64,000 nt of DNA from Fidelibacterota bacterium (GTDB taxonomy: Bacteria > Fidelibacterota > Marinisomatia > Marinisomatales > Marinisomataceae), in contig OZ243041.1 in the NCBI GenBank assembly GCA_965212055.1, positions 800,001 to 864,000 on the forward strand, given 5' to 3'. A program made the translations under genes and the position numbers. The number at the start of each line of letters is the position of its first letter. Position 1 is the stretch's first letter. A model generated the notes under the pieces. The model searched no databases. It was not told the origin of the DNA and worked only from the letters and a program-made list of their open reading frames with translations. This document shows positions 41,875-56,412 of this stretch, in pieces.

Positions 41875-44800
41875 TTACCAATCGTACCCAATCGATAAAA
41901 TATATTGAGGCTTAGAATAGTCGCCATCAGGATAACGATCCCAGGCAGTATCGAGTCTTATCAATGCCCATGGAGTAAATACTTTCATACCCATTCCAAA
42001 GGTAGAAATAATTGGAGAAGCATCAGGATGAGTTAAATTATACTTGGATCGAACAAGGGCACTATCATCAAATTCTTTACTATCATCCCACGCGGCACCA
42101 ACATCCAAGAAAAGATGACCAAAAATATTACCAAATCTAATTTTAGCAGGAAATCCAACATCAACATAATTAATAAATGGAAATCGAAATTCAAAGTTGG
42201 CAACAGCAACGTTTTCACCAGTACGTTCTCTATAACGTGCTCCTCTAACAGGAAATACATACTCCGTAAAATAAACATCTTCTAATACAGTAGAACTCTC
42301 ATAGTCTAAGATCCTTTGTGCATAAAATCCTGAATCGTCTCTACCTTCAGTCTGAGTATCAGAATAAAATGTCATTTGAGAAGATCCACCTAGAAAAAAC
42401 TTTTCAGGATTTTCACCAAAGCTTTTTCCCAACATTAACCTAGTGGCAAAACTATAATTCCTATTAATCTTAAAATATTTTCTTATATCAAATTTAATGG
42501 TTTTAAAAGCAAGGCTGTCATCACCCATATCAGGACTGAATTGGAAAGTTAAATATTGTCTTAATCCATCATTAGGACCAGTGTAAGTATTAGTTGTATT
42601 ATCGTAGACCCAACTGACCAAAGGAATAAATGACTTTAAATTTTCTGAATAATTTGTCTCAACTTGTCCACTCCAATAGTCAATCTCTTTTATTTCATAG
42701 CTAATACCTCGTAGTGTCGCACCAACGTCAATTCTATTAAATTTTGAAAACGGATATTGGGCAAAGAATCCAACACCATAATCTCTTAATAAACCTATAT
42801 AATCAGTATCAATACTATAACCTAGAGAGAATAAATTTGCATATTGGAAAAGCTGTCCATAATAGTTTGTTCTATTCTTTAGATATCCATAACCCAATAT
42901 TATATCACTATTGTCTAAATCCATAACAAGATTAGAAGCAAATCGTAATTGATGATCTCCCATAACATCGCTCCATGCAATATTAGCAAGACCAGTAGTC
43001 CCAAATAAATTATCAATAGAAGCACTAGTATAAACATAATCTAATGAGAACTCTGTTTTATATTTTTGTGGATTGTAATTACCAGAAACACGTAAAGAAT
43101 CAACAGATGTTAATTCCTGATCTGGGTCTACATGATCTGGATCATTAAATTTCTTATAATTGCGAGCAAAAATATAGCTTGAATAATCTTCTTCTTCAGC
43201 AATACTCGGTTCATTTCTGACAAAACGTAGATCTTCAAAATCTTCTTGTTCATCTTTTGTGGTATAAAATATTGTAGCAGGAACTTCCTTATTTTCCACT
43301 TTAATTGGATTATTCATCAAAAATAAGTCCCAACCTCTTTCTTTATATCCAGCAAAAATTATTTTATCTGCATTTCTATCAACATCAATCTGTTGAATAC
43401 CAGTAATAACATTAGTAATAGGATAAGCTTCATTTGTAATTAAATCATGTCTAAAAATATTATAAACTCCATTATAATCAGCTGTATAGAATAAAATATT
43501 ATCTTTTGATGCTATAGGATAAGCTTCATCGTGATCAGTATCAGTAATTTGTGTAATAGATTCAGTAGTGAAATCATACATAAAAATATCTTTTTTGGAA
43601 AAATCTACTTCTGAGATGTCAGTATTATTTTTATAACTTGATTGATCGGAACTAAAAAATACTTTATCACCATTTAAGCTCCATGATGGAGAAAAATCAG
43701 AGAAAATATCATTTGTTAGATTTGTAACTTTCTCCGTTTTCAAATCAATAAGATATAAATCACTTGCATCGTTTTTATGACCAATAAATACAATTTTATT
43801 ATCCTTTGGGTGCCATGCTGTAGTAAATACACCATCTAATCCAATAGGAATTTTTTTATATTTTCCATTTTTCACATTCACAATAATGATAGAATCTTCT
43901 TTCCCACTTTTAGAAGCAAAAGCAATCTGTTTACCATTTGGTGACCAAGATAGTCCAGGTTGCAACCATTTTAATTCTTCAAAATCTGGAGAATTATTAC
44001 CACGAATTAATCTTTTTTTCTGTTCTCCAGAATCGGCATTTAAAAGAATTAAATCCATATATCCTGATTGATCAGTAAAATAAGCAATGGTATTCCCATC
44101 TGGTGAAAATGAAGGACTAATGTTATAAAAATTCTTTGATTTTGATCTATCGGTAAGTTTTTCAGAAAAATCAGATAATTTCTCTCGTTTGTTAATATCT
44201 CCCCAATATTCTTTTTTCAAATAATCATGCCAATTTTCAGTCAATTTCTCAAAATCAGTTCCTAATGCATTTTCAAAACCTTTCTCTGCATTCTGAGTTC
44301 TTTTCATTTGTTGAAATACTTCTCCAACTTTTTCTCTTCCATATTTATTTGTTATATACTTCCAGACTGATTGGCCACCTTTGTATGCTAGGATTGAATA
44401 ATTAAGTTGATCAACTTCAGGTAAACTTTCTTCAATAGCCAAATCTCTTAAAACCATATCAGAATTGGTATCCCAATCCACAGATAGAAACTCTGCTAAT
44501 CCTTCATTGGCCCATAAAGGGACTTGAAGTAGAACACGTCCACTTAATACTCCTTGAACATTACCGCCATATATCATGTCATTAATAATCGCATGTACAA
44601 GTTCATGGTGTATGACATGTTTAAATTGTGCGTAAGATCCTTCGAATGGAATAACAATTCTATTTTTATAGAGCTCAGTTACTCCTCCTATACCTTCAGA
44701 CATATAGACATTAACAATATTTGTTTGTTGAAAATCATTATGAGAAGTGTAAACAATAATTTTAATAGGTTGTTGACTTCTCCAGCGTAAATGTTTCCCA

Positions 44801-44994
44801 ATTTGATCAAGTGATTCTTCTGCAATTTTTGATGTAAAAATTGCTAAATCATAATTATCACCATAATAGTAGACATTAAAATTAGGACTAACGATAAAAT
44901 TCCAATCAAATTCATTGTATTGAACTTTGTTTTGACCAAAATATTGTCCAAATAAAGCTTGACTGAATAGTGTTAAGATTAAAATAAAACGCAT
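41875..44994 (-). CDS. Omp85/BamA-family barrel fused to an N-terminal MA-clan metallopeptidase and a TolB/PD40 beta-propeller
   Basis: Signal peptide, HHELVH...NEGLAE, repeated SPDG/WSPNG/PSWS blades, VRGA lid-like motif, ANFEFRFP, FLDVGAAW, terminal GYDW. Confidence 0.85.
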   Translation of the reverse strand: MRFILILTLFSQALFGQYFGQNKVQYNEFDWNFIVSPNFNVYYYGDNYDLAIFTSKIAEESLDQIGKHLRWRSQQPIKIIVYTSHNDFQQTNIVNVYMSEGIGGVTELYKNRIVIPFEGSYAQFKHVIHHELVHAIINDMIYGGNVQGVLSGRVLLQVPLWANEGLAEFLSVDWDTNSDMVLRDLAIEESLPEVDQLNYSILAYKGGQSVWKYITNKYGREKVGEVFQQMKRTQNAEKGFENALGTDFEKLTENWHDYLKKEYWGDINKREKLSDFSEKLTDRSKSKNFYNISPSFSPDGNTIAYFTDQSGYMDLILLNADSGEQKKRLIRGNNSPDFEELKWLQPGLSWSPNGKQIAFASKSGKEDSIIIVNVKNGKYKKIPIGLDGVFTTAWHPKDNKIVFIGHKNDASDLYLIDLKTEKVTNLTNDIFSDFSPSWSLNGDKVFFSSDQSSYKNNTDISEVDFSKKDIFMYDFTTESITQITDTDHDEAYPIASKDNILFYTADYNGVYNIFRHDLITNEAYPITNVITGIQQIDVDRNADKIIFAGYKERGWDLFLMNNPIKVENKEVPATIFYTTKDEQEDFEDLRFVRNEPSIAEEEDYSSYIFARNYKKFNDPDHVDPDQELTSVDSLRVSGNYNPQKYKTEFSLDYVYTSASIDNLFGTTGLANIAWSDVMGDHQLRFASNLVMDLDNSDIILGYGYLKNRTNYYGQLFQYANLFSLGYSIDTDYIGLLRDYGVGFFAQYPFSKFNRIDVGATLRGISYEIKEIDYWSGQVETNYSENLKSFIPLVSWVYDNTTNTYTGPNDGLRQYLTFQFSPDMGDDSLAFKTIKFDIRKYFKINRNYSFATRLMLGKSFGENPEKFFLGGSSQMTFYSDTQTEGRDDSGFYAQRILDYESSTVLEDVYFTEYVFPVRGARYRERTGENVAVANFEFRFPFINYVDVGFPAKIRFGNIFGHLFLDVGAAWDDSKEFDDSALVRSKYNLTHPDASPIISTFGMGMKVFTPWALIRLDTAWDRYPDGDYSKPQYILSIGYDW

Positions 44995-45087
44995 TGATAA
45001 TTTTATATAATATTAGACACAATAAATATGAAAAAAGTAAAAATAATTAAATATTGGACAGATTTAATATAAGAATTAAGTTTTTTC

Positions 45088-45825
45088 ATGCAATTACCAA
45101 TATACTTTTTTGGCGATACACACTTTAAATTCCAAAAATCAAGTCAAGAAGATAAAAAAATTGAAAAATTCTCTCAATTCCTAAAAACAATCTCACAGGA
45201 AAACAATAAAGGCAGTTTGTTTATTATGGGCGATTTATTTGATTATTACTTTGAATACAAAAATAAAACTCCAGAGTATTACAAAGAAATATTTACATCA
45301 CTAAACGATATCAGAAAAAAAGGTTTTGATATCTACTTTATTGCTGGGAATCATGATTATTGGATAGGAAATCATCTCAAAAGTCATGTAGACGATTGTT
45401 TTCTTAATGGTACCACAACAGAGATTAACAATAAGAAATTTTATATTACCCATGGAGATGGAATCCTATCATGGGATAAATCTTATCGTTTATTACGATG
45501 CATATTACGTAGCAAATTGTTTATTATATTATTTTCTTTACTCCCAGAGAAGATTGCTTTAAAAATTGCAAAAAAAATATCTCATGAAAGACAAGATTCA
45601 CATTATTTAAATCAAGAAAAAATTAATAGAATTCACAATGAATTGGATAGTTTTGCTCAACAAAAAATTGATGAAGGTTTTAATTATGTGATTATGGGAC
45701 ATTATCACCACTCTTATCAAAAAACATTAGATAGTGGAGAATTAATTTTGCTTGGTGAATGTGATGAAAGAAATTATAACTATGCTGTTTTTAATGGAGA
45801 CAAATTAGAAATCAAGAATTTTTAA
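45088..45825 (+). CDS. lpxH: UDP-2,3-diacylglucosamine diphosphatase (LpxH-like metallophosphoesterase)
   Basis: GDTH, MGDLFD, GNHD, HGDG, MGHYH. Confidence 0.85.
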   Translation: MQLPIYFFGDTHFKFQKSSQEDKKIEKFSQFLKTISQENNKGSLFIMGDLFDYYFEYKNKTPEYYKEIFTSLNDIRKKGFDIYFIAGNHDYWIGNHLKSHVDDCFLNGTTTEINNKKFYITHGDGILSWDKSYRLLRCILRSKLFIILFSLLPEKIALKIAKKISHERQDSHYLNQEKINRIHNELDSFAQQKIDEGFNYVIMGHYHHSYQKTLDSGELILLGECDERNYNYAVFNGDKLEIKNF

Positions 45826-46742
45826 ACTTTATTGTGCAAAGTAACCATAATTGCATTTTGCATGTGCAATCTATTTTCTGCCTGTTCAAAGACAATGGAA
45901 TTGTCTGAATCAATCACATTATCAGTTACTTCCCTTCCACGTTCTGCTGGTAAGCAATGCATAAACAAGTAATCATCTTTGGCATTCTTTACTAAATCTG
46001 AATTTACTTGAAATGGAGAAAATATTTTGATGCGCTCATCAATTTCTTCTTTTTGACCCATGGATGCCCATACATCTGTATAGATTACATCTGCATTTTG
46101 AACAGAATCAAGTGAATGGGATACAGATACATTAGAGATGCCAATATCATTTGCAAGTTTAATCGTATCTGCATCAGAAGAATACCCTTCAGGACAGACA
46201 CAAACAAACTCAAAAGGAAGCACAGTCGCCAACCTAACCCAAGAATTAACAATATTATTTCCATCACCTATATATACTATCTTCAAATTATCAAACGAAT
46301 CTTTCTTTTCTTCCCATACTGTAAAGATATCAGTCAAGATTTGACATGGATGATTGTAATCAGTTAATCCATTAATGACAGGAACTGTAGCATGTTCTTC
46401 AAAATCTAAGATATCTTGATGGCTAAAAACACGCGCCATAATTAAATCATTATATCTGCTAAATAATTGTGCTAAATCAGCAGCACTTTCTCTTTTGCCT
46501 AATCCGATATCTTGGGGAGCTAAATAAATTGCATGTCCTCCCATCCAAGCAAAGCCAGTTTCAAAAGAAACTCTTGTTCTTGCAGATGGTTTGGCAAATA
46601 TCATTGCCATTGAATGATTCGCAAATGGTTTAAATTCCTCTTTATTGCGATACTTTGACTTTAAATCAGAAGCCAAAGCAAATAAATCCAAAATTTCTTC
46701 TTTAGAAAAATCATCTACCTTGATACAATGTCTAACATTCAT
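45822..46742 (-). CDS. argF: Ornithine carbamoyltransferase
   Basis: KPSARTRVSFE, HPCQ, GDGNN, YTDVWASMGQ, HCLP, QAENRLH. Confidence 0.95.
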   Translation of the reverse strand: MNVRHCIKVDDFSKEEILDLFALASDLKSKYRNKEEFKPFANHSMAMIFAKPSARTRVSFETGFAWMGGHAIYLAPQDIGLGKRESAADLAQLFSRYNDLIMARVFSHQDILDFEEHATVPVINGLTDYNHPCQILTDIFTVWEEKKDSFDNLKIVYIGDGNNIVNSWVRLATVLPFEFVCVCPEGYSSDADTIKLANDIGISNVSVSHSLDSVQNADVIYTDVWASMGQKEEIDERIKIFSPFQVNSDLVKNAKDDYLFMHCLPAERGREVTDNVIDSDNSIVFEQAENRLHMQNAIMVTLHNKV

Positions 46743-48028
46743 TTTACTTGTCTCTTTTTTATATTAGGAATGCTCATTGATTCTCTATATTTAGCTACTG
46801 TTCTTCTAGCAATAGAAATATCTTTTTTCTTTAGAAGATTAGCTATTTCTAAATCAGAAATTGGATGATTACTATCTTCTGATTGAATTAAATCCTTAAT
46901 AGTATCTTTTAGTTCTTTTGTCCCAATCACTTCACCAGAATCTTTAACAATCTTACTACTGAAGAAACTTTTCAAACTTATAATACCTAAAGGAGTATCA
47001 ACATATTTATTTTTAACTACTCTACTAATACTGGATATATCCATATCTAACTTGATTGCAATATCTTCCAAACGAAGTGGATTAGGATAGTCTTGATTTC
47101 CAGATAAATAAGCATTTTGAAAACCAATAATTTCATTCATCACGTTTTTAAGTGTTTGAGACCTAAATATAATGGTATCTAATAAGTTTTGAGCACTATC
47201 AGTATGGTCTTTAATAAATTTTTTCTCCTTATCTGAAAGTTTTTGTGTCATTGCTTCACCCAAATAATCATTAGCAATTTTAAATCGATTTAGATTTTTA
47301 TCATTGACCAAAATAAGCCATTTATTGTCTTTCATTCTAATAATAAGATCAGGAATAATTTGATCAGAATCATTGCTCATAATAATTGGAGAAAAGTTTT
47401 TAGAGGAAATGATTTTTAGTGCATCATCAAATTCAGCATCTGAACATGCTAAATTTGATTTAATTTCTGAAAAATTTTGGTTTAAAAATTCGTCAAAATA
47501 TTTTGTAATTATTTCCTGAGCAAGAAAATGATTATCATCAATTTGTAAAGCAAGATATTCTTGCACATCACGACAACCAACTCCTTGAGGAATTAATTTC
47601 CTTACAAGATCTAGAACTTTATTTATTTCACTCAAATCTGCATGACAATTATCGGCAATTAATTCAATTTCAGTATCTAAAAATCCAGTTTCATCCACAT
47701 TAAATATAATCTGTTGTGCAATATTTTTTTCTTTGCTATCCATCTCTGATTCTTCAACTTGTTTGATTAAACTACCTATCACATCTATATCTTCAGGTAG
47801 GTTTGATAGAAATAAATCATAATTTTCTTGGTTATCTAATTGGTATTCTTGAGTATTTTTATCTCTAAAATCTTCCAAATCTTTTTCAACCAAAACTGGA
47901 TTTTTTTCAATTTCATTTTGCAATTCTTCTTCAACATCAAGAAGTGATAGCTCTAAAAAACGAGATTGTAATATTTGTTGAGGAATAATCGACTGTTTTT
48001 GTCGGATCTTTGTAGAAATTTTACTCAT
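46739..48028 (-). CDS. rpoN: RNA polymerase sigma-54 factor
   Basis: Region I (EKNPVL), PQGVGCRD, SSISRVVKNKY, RpoN box ARRTVAKYRE. Confidence 0.95.
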   Translation of the reverse strand: MSKISTKIRQKQSIIPQQILQSRFLELSLLDVEEELQNEIEKNPVLVEKDLEDFRDKNTQEYQLDNQENYDLFLSNLPEDIDVIGSLIKQVEESEMDSKEKNIAQQIIFNVDETGFLDTEIELIADNCHADLSEINKVLDLVRKLIPQGVGCRDVQEYLALQIDDNHFLAQEIITKYFDEFLNQNFSEIKSNLACSDAEFDDALKIISSKNFSPIIMSNDSDQIIPDLIIRMKDNKWLILVNDKNLNRFKIANDYLGEAMTQKLSDKEKKFIKDHTDSAQNLLDTIIFRSQTLKNVMNEIIGFQNAYLSGNQDYPNPLRLEDIAIKLDMDISSISRVVKNKYVDTPLGIISLKSFFSSKIVKDSGEVIGTKELKDTIKDLIQSEDSNHPISDLEIANLLKKKDISIARRTVAKYRESMSIPNIKKRQVK

Positions 48029-48756
48029 TAATCAAGCCTAAATTTTTTACCAAGATATAGTTTTCGAACCTCTTCATCGTTAGCTAATGTTTCTGCATTA
48101 CCAGATTTTAAAATTTTACCACTATATAATAAATATGATCTATCAGTAATCGATAGAGTTTCTCTTACATTATGATCTGTGATTAATACTCCAATATTTT
48201 GTTCTTTAAGCGAAGTAACAACCTGTTGAATATCCTCAACAGCTATGGGATCAATACCTGCAAATGGCTCATCTAATAAGATAAAATCTGGTTTTAATGC
48301 AAGAGTTCGACATATTTCTACTCTTCTTCGTTCACCGCCAGATAAACTCCCACCTAAATTTCCTCTAAGATGATTAATATTAAATTGTATAAGCAATTTA
48401 TCAATTAATTCAGTTTGTTCTTGAACAGATGGAAGAATATTTTCTAAAACTATTCTTAAATTATTTTCTACTGTTAATTTAGCAAAGATGGAAGGTTCTT
48501 GTGCTAAATAACCGATACCCATTCTTGCTCTTTGGTACATCGGTGTACTAGTAATATTATTATCATCAAAGAATATTTTTCCAGAAGATGGTCTAATCAT
48601 TCCAGTAATCATATAGAATGTAGTTGTCTTACCAGCACCGTTTGGACCAAGTAATCCAACAATTTCTCCTTTTTTCAGATTAACGTTCACCTCATCAACA
48701 ACTGTCTTCCCAGAATAGCTTTTTTTCAGATTTTCTGTTTTTAATACTTTACTCAT
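48028..48756 (-). CDS. lptB: LPS export ABC ATPase LptB
   Basis: GPNGAGKTTTFYM, GYLAQE, LSGGERRRVEI, DEPFAGIDP, ITDHNVRETL. Confidence 0.97.
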   Translation of the reverse strand: MSKVLKTENLKKSYSGKTVVDEVNVNLKKGEIVGLLGPNGAGKTTTFYMITGMIRPSSGKIFFDDNNITSTPMYQRARMGIGYLAQEPSIFAKLTVENNLRIVLENILPSVQEQTELIDKLLIQFNINHLRGNLGGSLSGGERRRVEICRTLALKPDFILLDEPFAGIDPIAVEDIQQVVTSLKEQNIGVLITDHNVRETLSITDRSYLLYSGKILKSGNAETLANDEEVRKLYLGKKFRLD

Positions 48757-49273
48757 CTTTTACTGAACCTCTTGGTTGATTAATTTTCCATTCTGTAAGA
48801 TCAATATTCGATTGAAAACCTTTTCCATATAATGTATCTAAATCTCCTGAAATAAATATCAACTCAGAATCTGTAAAAATCTTATCAACTTTATTATTCC
48901 ATAACAACGAATCGGTCAATAATTCTTCTCCCTGATCAGCTTTAACTATTACATTTCCAAACGCATTAATTCTATTTTCTTTCTCGCTAACAAAAGCATA
49001 ATCTGATTTAATGGTTGATGTATGGTGATAATTACTATCATATAAATCTACTACAACATTATCAGTCAATTGTAATTCAAGATTATCATCACTTTTTTCA
49101 AGCAATTCTGCTGTTACTAATGCTTTTATATTACCCATTTCTGTCAAAGTAATTTCAACATTTGAAGATAGTTGATTATGAACAGCTTCTTTTTCTTCAT
49201 TGCTTTCTCTATCTGTACTATAACAAGATATGAAAAAGAACAATAGAAAAATTAAGGAATAATTTGAATTCAT
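48749..49273 (-). CDS. lptC: LPS export protein LptC (lipoprotein-like)
   Basis: FISC lipobox, AFGNVIV, LLTDSLLWN, LYGKGFQSN; directly upstream of lptB. Confidence 0.85.
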   Translation of the reverse strand: MNSNYSLIFLLFFFISCYSTDRESNEEKEAVHNQLSSNVEITLTEMGNIKALVTAELLEKSDDNLELQLTDNVVVDLYDSNYHHTSTIKSDYAFVSEKENRINAFGNVIVKADQGEELLTDSLLWNNKVDKIFTDSELIFISGDLDTLYGKGFQSNIDLTEWKINQPRGSVKDE

Positions 49274-49804
49274 CGTAAATCAGAAAGCAATTTATTAATT
49301 GAACCATCGAAATCGCCCCTTGATTCAATAATTAAATCAATAATTTCTCTTACTGCACCTTCTCCACCAGCTTTTGTTGTAGTATAATGAGTATATTTTG
49401 TAACATAATCTGGTGCATTTGGAACTGAAATTGCTAGACCGACTTTCTCAAAGATTGGGATATCTATAATATCGTCTCCTATAAAACAAATCTCATGATC
49501 TTCCAAGTTGTATTCTTTTTTAAGATCATTATACGATTCTATCTTTTCAATAACTCCATTATAAACTTTATCAATCTTCAATTTATTAGCACGATGAGCA
49601 GTTGTAGCACATTCTCTTCCCGTAATCCAAGCAGTTTTGATATCCAAATCTAATCTATTTAACATATGGAATCCCACACCATCTAAAACACTAAAATTTT
49701 TTGCTTCTTCTCCGTTGGTCATATAAATGAGTTTTCCATCAGTCAAAACACCATCAACATCACAAATAAGTAATTTGATTGGTTGCAATTTTTCTTTTAA
49801 AACA

Positions 49805-49812
<8 letters not shown>
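49270..49812 (-). CDS. kdsC: KDO 8-phosphate phosphatase
   Basis: DVDGVLTDG, IGDDIID, GGEGAVRE. Confidence 0.95.
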
Positions 49813-52914
<3,102 letters not shown>

Positions 52915-52918
<4 letters not shown>

Positions 52919-53226
52919 TGGCTATCCTTTTTAACCACCAAAGGAATTTCGATATAATCCCCCTTTGATTTTGGGCTATTTTCTATAACCTTTTCTTTGG
53001 GGATTGATTCTTCTGTAACATCTTCTCTTAATACACTATGCGTATCATGAACATTGACTAATTCTTCTACATTAGATGTATCAATTTCATTTAACAAATC
53101 CATGTAATCTAGAATATTATTCATATCCTTAGTGTGTGTTTTTAACTCTGCTTCAGAGAGAGAAAGTTTAGAAAGTTTGGCTATTTTATTTAATTCTTTC
53201 TTTGTGACTTTCTTTGTTTTTGACAT
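52915..53226 (-). CDS. gatC: Asp/Glu-tRNA amidotransferase subunit C
   Basis: IAKLSKL, ILDYMDLLNEIDT, LRED, YIEIPLV. Confidence 0.92.
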
Positions 53227-53251
53227 AAAAATATTATTTAAGACAATTTAT

Positions 53252-54517
53252 CTATTCATAGCGAATAGAGTCAATAGGATTAAGATTTGCAGCCTTAATT
53301 GCAGGATACAATCCAAAGACTATACCCATAAATACACAAATCTGAATACTATACAATACCCAATTAAACGGAATGATTGGATCTTGTTGTAAAAAATATG
53401 CTACCACATTTCCAAATAATAAACCGATAATAATACCAACAATTCCCCCTATTATAGAAATAAGAGTTGCTTCAATTAAAAATTGTAAAAATATATCAAT
53501 TTTTCTTGCACCTAGCGCTTTGCGAACACCAATTTCTTTAATACGTTCTGTCAACGAAACTAACATAATATTAGCAATACCAATTCCTGCTACTAATAGA
53601 GAAATCCCGGCCACTAGACCAATAAACATTTGCAAGTATCGAGTAAAATCACCAAATGTATCCATTAATTGATCATTGGTTGCAATATAGAAGTTATTTT
53701 CTGCTCCCGGTGGTATCTTTCGGATTGCTCTAAAAGCTCCAATCGCCTCATCGGTGGCAGCATCCAACTCATCCATAGATTCTGATTCCAATATAAGCTG
53801 TAAACCGTCGCCATAGAAACTTCGACCACGGAAATATTGTAAAAAAGAAGTAATTGGAATTCCAATCATAGAATCCATGCTTTGTCCCAACATTTCTCCT
53901 TTAGCACCTAGAAGACCAATGACTTCAAATGGAATATTATCAATTTTTATTATCTGACCTACTGGATCAGAATAAGGAAATAATTCTTCTTTGATATCAT
54001 AACCCACTACGGCAACACGTGCATTACTATCTAAATCTTGTTTTCGTATATTCCTTCCACTAACCATTTCATATTTCCAAGCTTCAAGAACATCTCCATC
54101 ACCTCCCCAAAAACTTGATAATCGATTTTTTAATTCTTTTTTTCCAACACTAATTGTTCGGTCACTTGGCTCCTCTGCCACAACTGCGGATACATGTTTT
54201 GTCAGTGTTAATACTCTCTTTAATTGTTCATATTCTGACCATGTAATACGAGGCTTATTACGATTATGTCTATTATCAGAACCAAAACTAATTTCAACGG
54301 GATTGTCTCTTGTAATATAAAATATATTTGTTTTCATTTCCTCGACCAAACCAGTTGTAGCTCTGTCAAAAGTAGTCAATACAGTCATAATACCAATAAT
54401 AGAGGAAACCCCAACAGTGATACCAAGCAGAGTTAAAAATGTGCGTAGTTTTGTTTGGCCAAAATAAAATAGCACACCCGAAATTGCATCACCTAAATAA
54501 TTAATTAATCTATTCAT
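53252..54517 (-). CDS. ABC transporter permease (MacB/FtsX family)
   Basis: RTFLTLLGITVG, GIGIANIMLVSLTERIKEIGVRKALGA, PIDSIRYE; start ATG 54517 or 54529. Confidence 0.93.
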   Translation of the reverse strand: MNRLINYLGDAISGVLFYFGQTKLRTFLTLLGITVGVSSIIGIMTVLTTFDRATTGLVEEMKTNIFYITRDNPVEISFGSDNRHNRNKPRITWSEYEQLKRVLTLTKHVSAVVAEEPSDRTISVGKKELKNRLSSFWGGDGDVLEAWKYEMVSGRNIRKQDLDSNARVAVVGYDIKEELFPYSDPVGQIIKIDNIPFEVIGLLGAKGEMLGQSMDSMIGIPITSFLQYFRGRSFYGDGLQLILESESMDELDAATDEAIGAFRAIRKIPPGAENNFYIATNDQLMDTFGDFTRYLQMFIGLVAGISLLVAGIGIANIMLVSLTERIKEIGVRKALGARKIDIFLQFLIEATLISIIGGIVGIIIGLLFGNVVAYFLQQDPIIPFNWVLYSIQICVFMGIVFGLYPAIKAANLNPIDSIRYE

Positions 54518-55730
54518 GACGTAACGCATCGATTGGGTGAAGGTTGGCAGCAGTTCTTGCTGGAAGAATACCAGATGTTATGCCGATAAATACACAAATC
54601 ATAAAAGTATAAAAAATTAATAGGAGATCAAATTCAACTGGAAAGGATGCATAAGAAGATAGAGCAACTGTCATTAATTTGACCAATACAATTCCTATTG
54701 TTCCTCCAATAATTGAAATAGCAATTGCTTCACTTAAAAATTGTACCAAAATGTTGTTATTTGTTGCACCCATTGCTTTTCTTAAACCAATTTCTTTAGT
54801 GCGTTCTCGTACAGAAACAAACATCACATTCATAATACCTATTGCAGAAACAACTAAAGATATTCCTGTCACCATAAAAGCCATTCCAGCAATAGCAATT
54901 TTCATACCATCAAACTGACTCTGATATGCGTCAGCAGAATTCACAGCAAAATCATCTTCCTGATCAGGTCGTAATTTACGAGCTACCCTCATAATCATCC
55001 CTACTTCCTCTTTTGCTTTATATAAATTTTCAGGTTCTGTTTGTAATATCAATTCATCAAAACCCCATCTTGTCAAGATACGTTTAAAAGTTGATGAAGG
55101 CATAATCACTAGATTATCAAGTGTCCCTCCTGGGACCATTCCCATTCCCTGCTTTTTGAGTTCGCCAATGATTTCAAAAGTAACACCACCAACTTTTATT
55201 TTTTTTCCTATTGGATCTTTACCATCAAAAAATCCATCTCTTACTGTACCACCAACAATTACAACTCTTCTTTGCAAGGTCCATTCATTTTCAGAAAAGA
55301 ATCTTCCATTAGTCACTTCTGTTCCACTTAACATTTCACCATAACTTGGATACACACCATTAACTTGTAACCAAGACGCTTTATTTTGGTATGCAGATCT
55401 TATCCAAGTACTTTTTTTAATAGATACATCTGTAACATATTCACTATATTGATTGATATAATCGAGATATGCTTCCTCAATTTTCGGACGATTACGATAT
55501 TTCCACCAATCGAAATCAAATGACCATGGCCATGTTGATACATAAATCTTATCATTTCCGTAATAATCCATTGATCTTGCAAATTCTTTATCAATACTAG
55601 AAGCTCCAGCAGTAACGATACTAACAGTAAAGATACCAATGGTTAATCCAAGAGATGTTAAAGCAACTCGCGTAATGTTGGATCGAATTGCACCAAGACC
55701 AATTAAAATATTTTTAATAATGTCATTCAT
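54510..55730 (-). CDS. ABC transporter permease (MacB/FtsX family)
   Basis: [34 protein letters not shown]. Confidence 0.93.
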   Translation of the reverse strand: MNDIIKNILIGLGAIRSNITRVALTSLGLTIGIFTVSIVTAGASSIDKEFARSMDYYGNDKIYVSTWPWSFDFDWWKYRNRPKIEEAYLDYINQYSEYVTDVSIKKSTWIRSAYQNKASWLQVNGVYPSYGEMLSGTEVTNGRFFSENEWTLQRRVVIVGGTVRDGFFDGKDPIGKKIKVGGVTFEIIGELKKQGMGMVPGGTLDNLVIMPSSTFKRILTRWGFDELILQTEPENLYKAKEEVGMIMRVARKLRPDQEDDFAVNSADAYQSQFDGMKIAIAGMAFMVTGISLVVSAIGIMNVMFVSVRERTKEIGLRKAMGATNNNILVQFLSEAIAISIIGGTIGIVLVKLMTVALSSYASFPVEFDLLLIFYTFMICVFIGITSGILPARTAANLHPIDALRHE

Positions 55731-56412
55731 CTAATGTAATTTTACCATCGAAAATTTCTACTCTTCTTTTTGCACGCTTTGCAATTGATTTCTCATGAGT
55801 TACAACAATTAAAGTATTGCCAGCTTTGTGTAATTGATCAAAAAATTTCAAAATTTCTAATCCACTTTTTGAATCTAAATTACCAGTTGGTTCATCAGCT
55901 AAAATAATAGAAGGTTTATTAACCAAAGCACGTGCAATTGCTACACGTTGTCTCTGTCCTCCAGATAATTCATTAGGTTTATGTGTCATTCTATCTTCTA
56001 ATCCAACAATTTTTAATGCTTCTTTTGCTCTTTGAGTTCGTTTTGATCTATTTAAAGAAGAATAAATTAGAGGAACTTCTACATTTTGAAGTGCATTAAG
56101 TTTCGGCAACAAATTGAACGTTTGAAAAACAAATCCAATTTTTTCATTTCGGATATTTGCAAGTTGACTATCATTCATTTCGGATATTAATGCTTTATTA
56201 AACTTATAAGTCCCCTTGGTGGGAACATCCAAACAGCCAATAATATTCATTAATGTTGATTTTCCAGAACCAGATGGCCCCATAATCGATATAAAATCAT
56301 TTTCATAGATGCTTACTGAAACATTATCTAAAGCTTTAACAACATTAGTCCCTAAATGATAAATTTTAGAGATTGATTTTATAGATATTATCTCTTTTTT
56401 TGATTTAGCCAC
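55723..56412 (-). CDS. ABC transporter ATPase (MacB/LolD-like)
   Basis: [32 protein letters not shown]. Confidence 0.95.
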   Translation of the reverse strand: MAKSKKEIISIKSISKIYHLGTNVVKALDNVSVSIYENDFISIMGPSGSGKSTLMNIIGCLDVPTKGTYKFNKALISEMNDSQLANIRNEKIGFVFQTFNLLPKLNALQNVEVPLIYSSLNRSKRTQRAKEALKIVGLEDRMTHKPNELSGGQRQRVAIARALVNKPSIILADEPTGNLDSKSGLEILKFFDQLHKAGNTLIVVTHEKSIAKRAKRRVEIFDGKITLDE

